A stretch of 64,000 nt of DNA from Trichoplax adhaerens. Its lineage: Eukaryota > Animalia > Placozoa. This document shows, in pieces, positions 39,589 through 52,862 of the stretch (position 1 is the first letter of the stretch; each line of letters starts with the position of its first letter). A program made the position numbers and the translations under genes. The stretch lies in NCBI RefSeq assembly GCF_000150275.1, contig NW_002060953.1, positions 1,213,693 to 1,277,692 on the forward strand, written 5' to 3'. The notes beneath the pieces are model-generated. The model had not been told where the DNA came from, did no database searches, and worked only from the letters and a program-made list of their open reading frames with translations.

Positions 39589-41650
39589 AATTCAGTTCAA
39601 TCAAGTGACTCGTATTTATACCTCTGTACAATCTGGTTACAAGATTTCATTTGCAACAAAATTGTTGCGTACCTCTAGTATTTTAATCCATGTAAGAACG
39701 TCTGCAGATCTTATATTCAGTATATTTCGATTAATGTGTTTCTAAATGATGAGCTATTCGCGACCAAAATAAATTCAGTTTACATGTTGGAGTCACTAGA
39801 CCAAACTGTTAGACTGATATTTAATTTCAAATATTTGCCATCTTTAGCTGTAGTATGAATGGAGAGGTAATTAATTTTATCTTGCTGATTGATAATAAAA
39901 CTTTTCACCGTAATTTAAATTTATATTCAAGTCTTTCATGTGATAAAAATTTAAAATTCCAAGCTAAATTTTACTTTGCTTTCAAATAGTATTTTAAATT
40001 GTATACCCAGGCTTAAAATAGTGGACGGAAATTATCCATTACAGAGTCCACGAGCTTTCTGCTTTTGAACAAATAACATCTAAGTGATGCTCGACTTGTG
40101 AGAAAAGCTGCTTAGGCCATTCGATGCAAATGAATAGAAGACTAATCATCGCTTACTAACTTCTAGATGGACTTGTTAATACTAAAAGATTTTGACTAAA
40201 TTTGTACTGTAGTTTATCAGCCTGAATATCGTAAAACAAGTTATGGTTAAGCTCAGCTAGGACTTTAGCTTGCAAAAATTGTTACGCTACAATCACTTGT
40301 AATTATTAAGTACTAACTTCGATTGAAAGCTTCACCACAGATTGATAATTTTTGAGTACAGTAATATGATGATGTGCAAAATTTATTATTGGACTTTGAT
40401 AATAAATAGACAGCAATAAATGCATCATACAAGTATAACATAAGATTATAATTTCTATTATTATTCTATATGGATATATACTGTAAGGTGCAACATTTTA
40501 TCTAAATTTGGTATACGGTCTTGTTCGGTAATATGCAGCCTAGACCAAATTCTTATATTATATTATTAGTTATCATTTTCATATTTTTTTGACAGGTTAA
40601 AGGTTAGAAAAATCCTATGACCAGGACGGAATCTTATTTACTGTAATTTCTTTATTTATTCAACTTAGACAAATTCCTTTTCTCACGTAATTTTGGTTAT
40701 ATTTTTGAAGATGAACAGATTATGGCTAAATTTTATAAAAAAATGAGGAACAATTAGGGTTATATTGAGCTAATATAGCGAAGTGATTTTCCTCGAGTAT
40801 GGATGCAGCTTCATGTTTTGATTCAATAATAAAGTCGAAGCACACGTAGTTAACTGCACCTTTACACCATAAGAGCTTATAAGGAATACATGAAACTGCT
40901 ATAACTTAATGGATTTTAATATAACTGGTTTCCTTTTACAGCTTCAATCTGTTAGTATATTACTGGTGCCTAATTCTGCATTAGGCATAATTAAGTATGA
41001 TGTTTTGATAGTACTAAAGAATTACCGTTGCCTTATAGATCAACTTGACTCTTACAGTTCCATTCTGATTTCTTTCCTCTTCGTCACCTAGTGATAACTG
41101 TATCAGCTAATTGTTAAATTAATGCTCTATGAAATTGACTATCTTATATGATTAATTGTCTACGATACTATTAATGGGAATAGTAATAATATTCTTCCAA
41201 TTAGAGCATCTATTTTCATTTTATTGCCTTTAAAATATTACTTTCCGTAACATTTATGTTTTGTGATAATAACGTGTTCGATATACCCAAATGAATTCAG
41301 ATACTTATGTACGACTTAAAATTTAAATAATATTTGACTATTGTAATTTCTCTTCTATCTAAGCATAAATCCGGAAGTAAGTACGCGGTGTATTGGATAA
41401 CGCAAACTATTACAAATTTCTGTTATTAAATATTTCACTAGCTACGGTAATACATTTTGTTTTTAATATTTTTAATTTATTATATTTGTACTTCTAAAAC
41501 ATAACATTATTCGTTTGTTAAATGAAATAGAATAAAAGTAGATAAAGTGATGAAATTTATCGGTTTAGCAGTAGAGAAAAAGAGTGGATTTAAATTATAT
41601 ATATAGCGTTAGTTTTTCAGTAGTAACATAAATATGTAAAGTGCTTCACT

Positions 41651-42631
41651 TTAGTTTTGATCAGTAGCTTGTGGTACCGGAATGGTTATGATAAAGTGCT
41701 TTCGTAGATGAGCATTGGTTGTTGCATATATAATTGGATTGATGGCAGGATTGCTCATTACCATAATGATTGCAATGACTGTAAAATAGTCTGAAAATTT
41801 GGGCAATGGAGGGATAGAAATATTATAGCTAAATTTTTGTCCCAGAAAGATAATGTACGGAAGCCAGAAAATAAAATTTGTTCCGACGATTAAACTGGTG
41901 GTTCGAATTGATCTTGATAGTTTGCTGTTTCTGGTTAAATCTTGTACTGTTTTTCGATATGCCACAGTAAAAATAATTAGGTAGCTAAAAAAGATTACTA
42001 ATATGTTGATAATCACAAATGCCGTCATTACCCATGAAATTATGAAATTTTCATGTAGATAATCAAATGAGATACCACAAAGCAGCTCGAGATAAATCTT
42101 ACCAAGACCATATCGCTCGAGACCTAGTAGAGGTAATATAGCGATAATGAAGGGTATAAGCCAAGTCAAAATTACGATAAAGACACATTTACTTGCTGTG
42201 ATCTGACTATCGTAACCAAAAGGATTCACAACGGCATTACATCGATCGACACTTATTAGGGATGTAGCTACTAACGAAGTCATGTATAAGAGTAATGTAA
42301 CGCATCCTTGAAATTGGCAAATGGGATATTCTAATGGATTTAGGGTTAATACAGTGATTGCAAGAGGTATGGCTATGATCCCAGTAAGAAAATCGATAAA
42401 GGCTAAATTAGCGATACATAAAACGTTTACATCATGTAGTCTTCGACACTGATGGATCAATGTTAGATTGCGTAAGTTACCATAAACTGCTATAATACTG
42501 ATGAATGCCAAACAAGTTACCGTAATAATATATCTTGGATCGGTATAGCTTAATCTCTCCCAAACTAAAAAGTTGAATCCATTGCTATTGCTAATTGACA
42601 AAGTAGAATTTGGTTCAGTTAACACAGCCAT
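41651..42631 (-). CDS. Class A (rhodopsin-family) GPCR, intronless, 326 aa, opsin-like features but no retinal-binding Lys
   Basis: GN in TM1, NLAFIDFL in TM2, CQFQG...ISVDRC in TM3, W in TM4, FWLPY in TM6, NPAINPIIY in TM7; seven hydrophobic segments. Confidence 0.93.
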   Translation of the reverse strand: MAVLTEPNSTLSISNSNGFNFLVWERLSYTDPRYIITVTCLAFISIIAVYGNLRNLTLIHQCRRLHDVNVLCIANLAFIDFLTGIIAIPLAITVLTLNPLEYPICQFQGCVTLLLYMTSLVATSLISVDRCNAVVNPFGYDSQITASKCVFIVILTWLIPFIIAILPLLGLERYGLGKIYLELLCGISFDYLHENFIISWVMTAFVIINILVIFFSYLIIFTVAYRKTVQDLTRNSKLSRSIRTTSLIVGTNFIFWLPYIIFLGQKFSYNISIPPLPKFSDYFTVIAIIMVMSNPAINPIIYATTNAHLRKHFIITIPVPQATDQN

Positions 42632-45600
42632 TAATTTTATGTTGATGGTTTAAACAGGTAATAAAGCCAATTGATAGATAAACTAGGAATGTATTAGTAC
42701 ATTCTTTTTTCGAACTTTTTTGATTCTTTTTTCGACTTTTTCGAACTTTTTTGAAGGACTATAACAGTCTATGTTGTAGGAGAATATACGAGCATACGTG
42801 TGAATAAATCGTTAAAAATCCTTATTATAATACTACTGCAGCTGTTGATCACTTTCTAGTCGAGAATTTGTTTCGGATCTCGAACTTTAGATTGATTTAT
42901 CTTTTTGTAACAATTTTTTTCATGAATTACTTTTCTTTATCAAAGTTCAATTCCATTAATTTTAATTAAACCCTTTGTTTCCAATTGAATTTTTGAATTA
43001 TTTAAAGCCACACATCACCAAATTTAAGCTGGCCGGATGAAGACATTGATCTCTTTATTTCTATTTGTATAAATGTTTATTAATGATCACTACGCTTCAA
43101 CAACGATAAAAAGAGAATAGCTTAACTATGGGATATGCATGATCCGATCGAATGCGATCTTTTGTTTACAGATTAGGCTATTATCACGATAAAGGAATAT
43201 TTTATAAGGCAGCTTTATTCATAAAAGTCATCCGTTTCATTATATAGATTATGGGGATTAATAAGATGTAGAATTATGTGCACATTTATTATGTCGTCTC
43301 AACTTATACGATATTGTGTTGTTTCGGATAGAAATTATGGGAATATTTCTAAAATTTTTAGTTGGTAAATGTTAAAGTACAAGTTAGTACATGTTAAAGG
43401 TTTGATAAATAAGATTTAGCGTATAAAATGAAGAATTAGCTGGGTATAAATGAAATAAATTAAATGATAACAGATTTCAGCAATGAAATTATTTTCAATT
43501 CATATTTAAAACAAAAATATACATGAATGGAATATAATGATCATGAATCAAAATTGAAACTTAAAACTCAATTCAACTAAATGTGTTCTTGAATGCTATT
43601 TAAGATTTTTGATAATATCCTATATCCATAAATTAGCGCTTCTTCAGTTATATCCCTGAACGTATTATAATTTATTACAAACCAGTTAGTAAAAAAATCA
43701 GTATATTCTCGCTAGTTACTGAAAATCGAAGATCTTACATAACTTCGAGCAATTATTAATTATGGAGACTAATTAGAGTAGAAACGTAGTAGCTATAACG
43801 AAAGACACTAATGATGTTATTACAATAATACAATTAAAAGTATCCAAGCTCGAAGTTCTTAGTAAATAATTCCTTGTAGGATATATAAATGTATACAGTG
43901 ACTCTTGATAATCTTTTAGTTAAATTAATGGAAACTGAAAAAATAGTTGCATCCTTTTATTTAATTGCACAAGGGCTACACTTTAAGTATAGTAAACAGT
44001 CTAAACGGGAGCAACTGTGCTTGATATGTTGCCAAACGCCGGTTTATGATATTAGATTCAAGATATAGCTGAAACGTCATGACAAATTCTCGTTAGCTAC
44101 TGCAATTTTTTCTTATATGTTTTTATTATATTTTTAAAATAAAAATAGATTTTCTGCAAGATGTCATTGCAATTGAAGAGTTCAAAGTCTCAAGAGCATG
44201 CTATTTAAAAATGCCAAAAGTAAAACAAAAATTAATAATAACCTAAATGCGTAGCTAGCAAGGTGAGCCGCTAAGCGAAGAGTTGCGGTAATTTGAGAGT
44301 AAATTCAAACTAAGTATCAGTATCCATGCTCAATAAGCAGTCCTAGATTAAAAATCTCTTCGAATAATCTGCAACTAGTAGGGAAAAATTATAGTAAAAT
44401 GCAATGCTTTATAAGTGCTTCAAGAAATCATTGGTGATCGATAATAAATACCAGATCAAATTATATCGTAAAAAAAATTGCGCATATTAGGTTTGTTAGA
44501 TATTGTGGTATATCAAATCAGTTTAAGGCTGAGAATTAACTACAATGATAGTCCAAATTGGTTAATGGTGCCTAATTATATTCTCATTAATAGAGCTTTT
44601 ATAACTACCGTATTATTTGAGAAATTTGTAGCGAAATTAAAATGCTCGCCAATATTTGTACTTTTAGCTAGATAGCATGGCTAAATATATTTTGATTTTT
44701 AGATACCGATAATCTATTAAATAAGTGCTACTAAAATTTAATAATGCAATTCTTAAAAATTGCTGATTTAAGTCAGATGATTGAATACGTGCTTTGGTTT
44801 TGGCTTCTCTGGACGATTGAAGAACAAAAACTTCGAGATTATATAATTCTCAATATATGTTTTTATAGTATTAATTGTGTATTGGCCTATTAATTTAGTT
44901 ATAGTGGTGCCTTTTTAGGCAACAAAGGCCGTAATTTATTAATACAACAACAGAAAATTTTGTAAGAACTGCAGTTATTACATTCTAAATTACTTTGGTT
45001 ATAATCAGTTTTAATTAAATTTTATTCGTAAACATAGCGAACAAGGTAATGAATTTGACTGATAGCTGACATTAAAACTACTGGTAAAAGTCGAAGTACT
45101 ACAATGAAAAACGTATGAAATAAGAAAAATTGGTATAGTTTGAAATTTTATGGATACTTTTGTTAAGATTTCGACGAATCGTTACACTATTTAAGCGGAC
45201 ATCAACCCCGTCATCAAATATCAAATTTGTAACAATTATTCCTCTAGTTGAAAGTGGCGTAATATTCTATTGACTTTGCGAATGAAATTTTGCCGATAAT
45301 TTAGCGATGAGGAAACCTTAGTATTTTATTACGTCAACAATGCAATAGCTAGTTTTTGTTTAGTTTGTAATAAAAATGCTTTATTATTGAATCATTTTGA
45401 GTCACGAATGGCACAGAAGAGTAAAAATTATGCTCTATGAGTGTATTTGCGAATACTCATATATGTCGTTCAGTAGAGATTAGCTAATCAGTGATAAATT
45501 TATGCATAGTTCTGAGCATCACCGAATAGCAAATATTTTTTACTTGGTATTAATCGAAAAAAGTTATTTTGCCTAGTAAAACGAAGAATTATATACTAAT

Positions 45601-46177
45601 TTCAAATCCAAGGCATGGAATACATCATCGATCTTACAGTAGTATAAGTTCATAGCAAAATATATGGGTTACATCCAATATCCATATTTGGCTGAAATAT
45701 ATATATCTTATATATAAAACTTATTCATTATTGTAATAGTTATAGTTAGTACGCATATACTGATCATTACATTTCTTTTTGTCTTTATAGGCCTAAAGCT
45801 ATTACTGTAAATAATGTAGTTTAAAAGTTTATAGAAGAATAAATTTAATCTTATTAATGCTGCATTTAATGAAAAAATGGTTGTTCTGATAGAATGCTAC
45901 TGAAGATAAATTGGTTTGATATAAAACATTACAGCAGTTACCAATAAAAAATTCTAGGAGACTTTTCTAGATAGAATATACAAAATCTAATTAATTTAGC
46001 AGTACAACATAGTTGCAGAATCATAAAGCTTGTTACAATAAGGGCATGAAGTCATCGTTGCATGATTTTATTACTTCTAATTACGTTCCAACTGTATCAT
46101 TTTAATTTTTTCAAGTATTGAAAAGGATTGTATGTCTCGTCTTCAAACAATCTTTTTCTCCAATTATTTTATTTAGG

Positions 46178-49100
46178 CTAACAAATGTTGATTAGAGTTG
46201 ATATTATCAAGCCAATTACCAATATAAACGATGAGAACGCATCTAAAAATTATGACCAAATTAAAAAGTAATCAGAAATAGAAGTGAAAATGGGCGGTAG
46301 CACTACGATTAATGTCTTTTTCAAGGCAGTAAATAAAATATTTCATATAAATATTGTTGACAAACTCACTTCGGCTTGAAGAGCTACTTTCTGTTGTACT
46401 CTCTATCGTTAAAATATGTAAACATTGTTTTATTTAGATATTTAATTTTAATATAACCATATAAAATAATTTTTATTATAAGGAACAATCTAAAAGTTCT
46501 GACTTTTACCTATCGATGAATGGGTTGCTCGTATTTCTGCTCTAGTAACACTATGCTTTGGTGTAAATTGTGTAGAGATAGCTATACGAGTAAAAGTAGA
46601 TTACAGTCAGTAAATGTTATTTCCTATTTCGTCTTGATTTTGTATCACAGTTGTTTTTGTAATATGGGAACTTACATTTTGTTGAAGCTGAAGAGATGAC
46701 TGTAGTGATGACTGTAGTATAGGCATAAGTAGAGGCAGTGGAAACTATGATAGAAAAAATTGATGAATATTAGCAAATCTAACTTTGCTTTATTGGCACA
46801 TACCATAAAACCTTACCTTCTTTTGTCTTAAAGACCAAGACAGGCGAGTGGAAACTAATGCCAGCTTTATTAACCGTATAAATTTGGATTTCATATTCTG
46901 TTCCATTTTGCAAATTGTGAATTTGGCATTTGGTGTCTATGACAGTAAAGACTGACCATGGGAAACTTCCAATTTTAGGCCTATACTTTATGGTATAGAC
47001 GATGTTAGGATCACCACCGTTGCTAATTGGTGGTGACCAACTAAGATGTAATTCGTGATAGGAACGATTAGTTAGCTTAGCATCTCTTGGACTTGATGGA
47101 AAGTCTACAGGAGATACATAAGGTTAGTACATAAATTTGAAATCACTTTCTCTTGTAAGCGAGTTAATTTAGAGGGCAATCTTGACTTACTATAGTCAAG
47201 ACAATGCGAATGAATTTAAATCTTATTCCTATCTATTTTTATAATGTAGCAAATCGGTCACTTACCAATAACTGCTAATTTGAATGATTGAGTTGGCGGT
47301 TGGGCATCGTTAAACTCGTTTAAAGCTTGACAGCTATATAATCCACTATCAGCTGGTTGTAAAGATAAAAAATTTAAAGTTGACTTAATAGATACCGTTG
47401 ATAATAGATTGACTTGAACTTTAATTTGTTCTGTTTCACTCAATGGTGATCCATCCTTCATCCAAATAATTTGAGGTAATGGACTTCCTTGAGCGGTACA
47501 ATTGATCGATTGTACATCAAAAACCACTTTTTGGAGACCGGTTTTCTCGTTTGATGATTTAAGAAAAGTAGCAGGTTCTGTCGCGAATAATTGTTCATAA
47601 ATTTGTTTTGAAAAGTTGGTAAGATAATTTTGGAAAAGATACCATAAATTATTGATTCAGCAATTATTTACGTTAAGGTTTCTTAATGCAATATTCATTT
47701 GCAGAATAACTGCATTAACTTATCCTAGAAATATAGAACTTTACTTACCGTTAGTTATAAATTCTAAGTGTCTCTCTTCATCAGGTGAATAACCATTACT
47801 AGCCAAACAGGCATAGGTGCCAGCATCATATAATTCGACTGAGAACAGATATAATGAACTTTGGAATGCGTAATCAGTAAAGGCTCCAGTTGTAACTACA
47901 TTAGAACTCTGGAATGGCAAATTAACAAGAGAAATTAGTAAGAATAAGCGAAATAGAAATAGAGAAGGGTTGCATGTACATTGATTTCGATTTTTTCATT
48001 CATGCTCACAGTTTGGATGGGCTTATTGTCTTTATACCATTCAATTTTAGGCATAGGATATCCAGTTGCTTGGCATGTAAATACAGCGACTTCTCGTTTG
48101 CTAGTATTAGTTGGACCACTTAGAGATATAATTTTAGGAGTTTCTGCATTATATTTTAAAAATATGTACTAAATTTATTTGAGCAAAATTGGATAGACCA
48201 ATAGTCTAAAAGTATTGAAATTTTTAATTTAAACAATAGTATCAGCGCAGTTAATTGCCATCTTACCATAGACTTGCAAAAATACTTTCGTTTCAACGCT
48301 TGCAATAACATTACTAGCCCGACAAATAAATGAATGATGTTTTTTTCGATTTGCAGCTTTAATTACTAAAATACTTGGTTCAGTTAAGTCGTAATGTTCT
48401 CCAGATAAGGGCACATTGTACTGATCCAACCATTCAACTTTTGGCTTTGGCTTTCCCTTGGCTAAGCAAGTAAACTTAGCGGTACTATTTTCTTCTGCTG
48501 TAACATTACTTGGTTGTTGAACGTTGTTTTGATCCATGACGAAATAAGGATACTCTACATAATTTCAATGAATAATTCGTTATACTTATATATAGATATG
48601 TCATTCATTTAATTTAAATTAGAATTTAATAATAGCAATCATAGTTTGCAAATACCTCCAACAGTGACTTTGATCATTTTTCGAATCATGTTCCCTCGTT
48701 GATTGCCTCGACATTCATACTTTCCTTCATCATCCAGTTTGACTGGGTTAATATACAGTGAACCATTTTGTTGTAACCGAAATCGACCGAGGGTTTTGAA
48801 ATCAATCATCTTTCCATCCTTATACCAGGTCACTTTTGGCTTAGGTTTACCGCGTACATCACATTTGATTTGATAGGGCATATCGATCGGAATAATTTGA
48901 TTTGGAGGAGCAGCTGTTCTCATCGGCACTACAAGAAATAGAGGAAATGAAATCTTTCCGTTATCCCTTTTTTACGGTAAATTTTAGTCATAAATTTCTA
49001 ATTAGCAACATCAAATTCTACTGTACTTCTTCTCCAACAATAATCAACTTGAAAAAACCTTACTAAAAGTATGATATGTCAGCTATACCTGAAATTTGTA

Positions 49101-52100
49101 ATACACCATTATCTCGTGCATATCGATTGCCTTGACTATTAATGGCCACGCAAGTATAACTTCCTTCATCGTTCCAGTTGACATTGTTAATCCACAAACG
49201 TGTGTTTCCTTCTTCCAAATCGTAATGCTTGTTAGAGTATTCAACGTTGATCAATGTTTTATTGATCATCCAATGTAAGACTCGATAATTATTATATGGA
49301 ATACACGTAAAGTAATATGAATGGCCACGAGTAGCATAAATGGCTTTATCATAAGTTACCATTGTAACTTGGGCCTCTAAAGGTTATAGAGAAAAGGCTC
49401 AATTGTTAATTATATCTGATAGAAATCATTATGCTTTCATAGTCATTTATTAGTAAAGCTTTGTTGCATGATAAAATTACTTTACTGAACATCATCAATG
49501 AACGCTAATAGACTCAGAATGAGTCAGTACATCAATGTTTGTTGTATTTATTTTAGTTACGTCATATTTGTTTGAGTAAAGGCTTTCTTACGCTAATGAA
49601 AAGTCTTAAGAGATTGTCAAAGATCTTGGATACATTTAATAATATTGACGCTTTATAATTACTTGTGAATTGCCTAACGGTGACGTTGTACATAGCCTTA
49701 TAAATAAGGTGATGAAATAATCTGACGGAATATTGTGTTTGAGTCGAATAAACTCTTTTTTAAATAATAAAAACCAATTTGCAAAATTCGGTTGGCTTAT
49801 GCTTGTTGATTGTATTTTAGTTAGTTTTATTGACTTGCAGATGAAGGCGGCATGATCATTTTAGTGATTACTTGTTTTATGTTATATGTATAAGAGGCGA
49901 AATCTTTAGACAAATACTAAATTTCGAACTAGTACCGTAATAATTATCGAATACTGAAAATAATTTAGGCAATATGGCTAGCAAAAGATTTTATAATTTT
50001 GACATTAATTTTCATAATGTATGAAAGAATAAACTGCACGATGAACGACTGTCCAGAGTACGACAAATAAAATCAATAATTGACAACCACTGGAAAAAGA
50101 CTTTTTGTATCTGAGAAACACTGCACTACTATAATTGCAATTATTTACTAAGTAAAAATTGAAATTGATGTTATATGTTTCATTTGTGGCTAGCGATTAT
50201 GTCCTCAACATTCTATTTAAATGAATAATGGAAAGGAATAATGATACTTGTTGGTTTTTTAAGGATCTCGTCACGTAACATTATTTAATTTGTCTCAAAT
50301 ACACGTGCCTTGTAAAGTCGAAGAGAAACGGTTGTTCATTTTAGGGAGATATACAGTTACTAATATAGGTGTAGTGCCAGTGATTTTTATCTTACGATAC
50401 TATTTCGATCTATTACAGTTAGCATAAGTCGTTTATACAGATTAATAAAAGTGAGGATTCATCGTTATCTGTTCAAATTTTTCCTAAAATTAGTTTAATA
50501 AAGATAATTTGCTATTGGTTGCTGTTAAGCTTATAAGGAAGACGTGAGTAATGGAGTGATTGAGTAATTATGAGCGACTGTAAGGATATAAAGTTCCATT
50601 TCTATCTCCGTATTCATTAAAAATGAGAAATTAACAGTTTTTTCTTTTTAAATTACGGCTGTAAAAGAGGATAACAATCGTTGACAGCTGATAATATAAG
50701 CAAATTTCAAATCATTCCATTTTCGGCATCATCAATAACATCTCATTCAATCTGCCGCGTCAAAAATTACTTCCTTATTATAGTATCAATTTTTTTAGCA
50801 GTTTCGTATTTTTTTGTACGCGATTATTTTAATGGCTTCGATTAATTAATTATATTATCAATGATGATTTGCGTAATTAAACTATTGTTAGAATTAGATG
50901 ATTATCTAGCTGTCTATTGTTTATCATAATGACAAAAACTTGTATTCATTATACGAATTTATTTCGAATAATGAAGCTAAAGGAATGATAAAATCAAGAT
51001 GGATTAAGTCGGACAATAATTTAGGGAAATATACGTGTAGAGTTGTTGTATTGCCTGTCAAAACTGGGGAAAACATTGCGTCAGTTATAGTTTCATATCC
51101 CATCTGCCTCTTAAATTCAAATTAAAATTGGAGTTGTGTTCTTCACAAAATTTAACTTGCTTTATCGTGGATTTTTGATTTTTAAATTTACATATTCCAT
51201 TTGAAATATTTGTCTATACGTTCACGTTACTGGTTATTTTCGACATTATTATTTTATTGTATCCAAGTTGGTAATGCGCTAACTGTTAAATAGCCTGAGG
51301 CATTGAATACAAAATTTCTTGAAGTCTTTTCAAATGATAGAAAACGAACAAAAGCGGAATAGTTTGCCGTTAGGCTATAGCGGCTATAATTTTTCGACAA
51401 ACAGTTCGATCTTTTTCTATCTATGGCTCTTAAATTTTACGCATAAAAGCATTAGGGACTTTATTATTATCGCCTACGACAATAAAGTCTACCTTAATGA
51501 AAAGTTGAAGATACATTGTATCAATTTATTTTCTTCTCCATCGTATCGTACTGACAAGTGTAACTGTCGCAAGCTCAGTTTTATTTGCTGAAATTAGTTT
51601 AAAATTTTGATACACTAAATGATGTATATCATTTAGTGTGTCGTCGGATTGGTTCTAAAAAAAATTTGTCAGTAAATATCATTTAAAATATTAATCAAGC
51701 TTGATTTTCCCGCCTATGAGGGCAATCATTTTACTTGTTTGTCAAGCACTTGAATGTAACGGCCATTTGTTTACCTAATGTCGAGTAGCCACTTACTATG
51801 CAAATAATGGCTTACTTCTTAACGTATTAAATTATTAAAGATGATCAAATCCGTAAACTATCATAGTTAATATGCTTATTAAAGTTAATAGAAACTATCC
51901 TTTAATTTTACATTAATATTAAGTCATAAAATCAGTCTGACTCGTTCTGTCATTATTCGATAATAGATATTTTAGTTAACGTCACAAACTACTTCAAAAG
52001 AAGCAGTTATTGACGTTGTTACTAATTCTAATCAAAATCCTGTTTACAGGGCAAGAAAGTTTGTATTTGTCTATATCCTTTTTACATAAATTCCTTTTCA

Positions 52101-52862
52101 AGTGTGAACGTTCTGCAGTCATTATAGGTAGTATGGGCCATTTCCTTTGCATAGATTTTGGAAAATTGTTTAAGATAGCCTGAAATAGATTGAGATTAAA
52201 CTGTATCTACTAACAAAAGCCCGTTAGCGTTCGAACAAATTCGAATCGCATTTCAATGAGTTTAAACAAAGTAGAACCTCTATAACAAGTAGTTGATAGT
52301 TTTAGCACTGGCTAGTATTACTTTTTACAGTCTAACTTAAGTAAATTAAAAGACGGGCGATCAATATTCGATTAACGTGAATAATTTCAATTGCAGTTCA
52401 GATTTCATAATCTGTTCAGATTACAGAGTTTAATTCGATTTTTTATGACCATATTTCCATAAAAGTGTGAGTTAGTCAAACATCGCTCTAATTTGTTCTG
52501 TGGCGTACAGTTTAATACGATGAGATAAAACTTCAATGAATGAAATTGACTTCAATTTATTACTGACATAGATGTGCAGATTGTTATATTGTTACATTTT
52601 ACTAATTATTAATTACTTGGAGAAAAATGACTTTATTCGAAGTATTTATCATAAGAGATGCCGTGATTTGTTAGGTTGGATAATCAACAGTAATTACTAA
52701 CCTTTCTAAGTTACACGTTTTATAGCAGTAAAAATCATTTAGGCGATAATTAAATCTTTTCTTACCTGTACTATGAAGGAAAAGGAGAAAAATGTTCATG
52801 TAAAGAATTATTTCTGACCATCTAAAGTGATTAGATTTCAAGTTGAGAGGCAAAGTAACCAT
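46178..52862 (-). CDS. NCAM/Fasciclin-II-like adhesion molecule B: signal peptide, 5 Ig, 1 FN3, S/T-rich stalk, C-terminal GPI-anchor signal (~692 aa)
   Basis: Exons (minus): 52766-52862 (probable signal exon), 49089-49376 (Ig1), 48656-48928 (Ig2), 48267-48554 (Ig3), 48010-48143 + 47749-47908 (Ig4), 47266-47577 (Ig5), 46817-47104 (FN3), 46676-46744, 46510-46581, 46370-46402 (S/T-rich), 46178-46242 (NAFSSFILVIGLIISTLINIC*). Intron positions and phases match paralog A. First exon is less certain. Confidence 0.85.
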
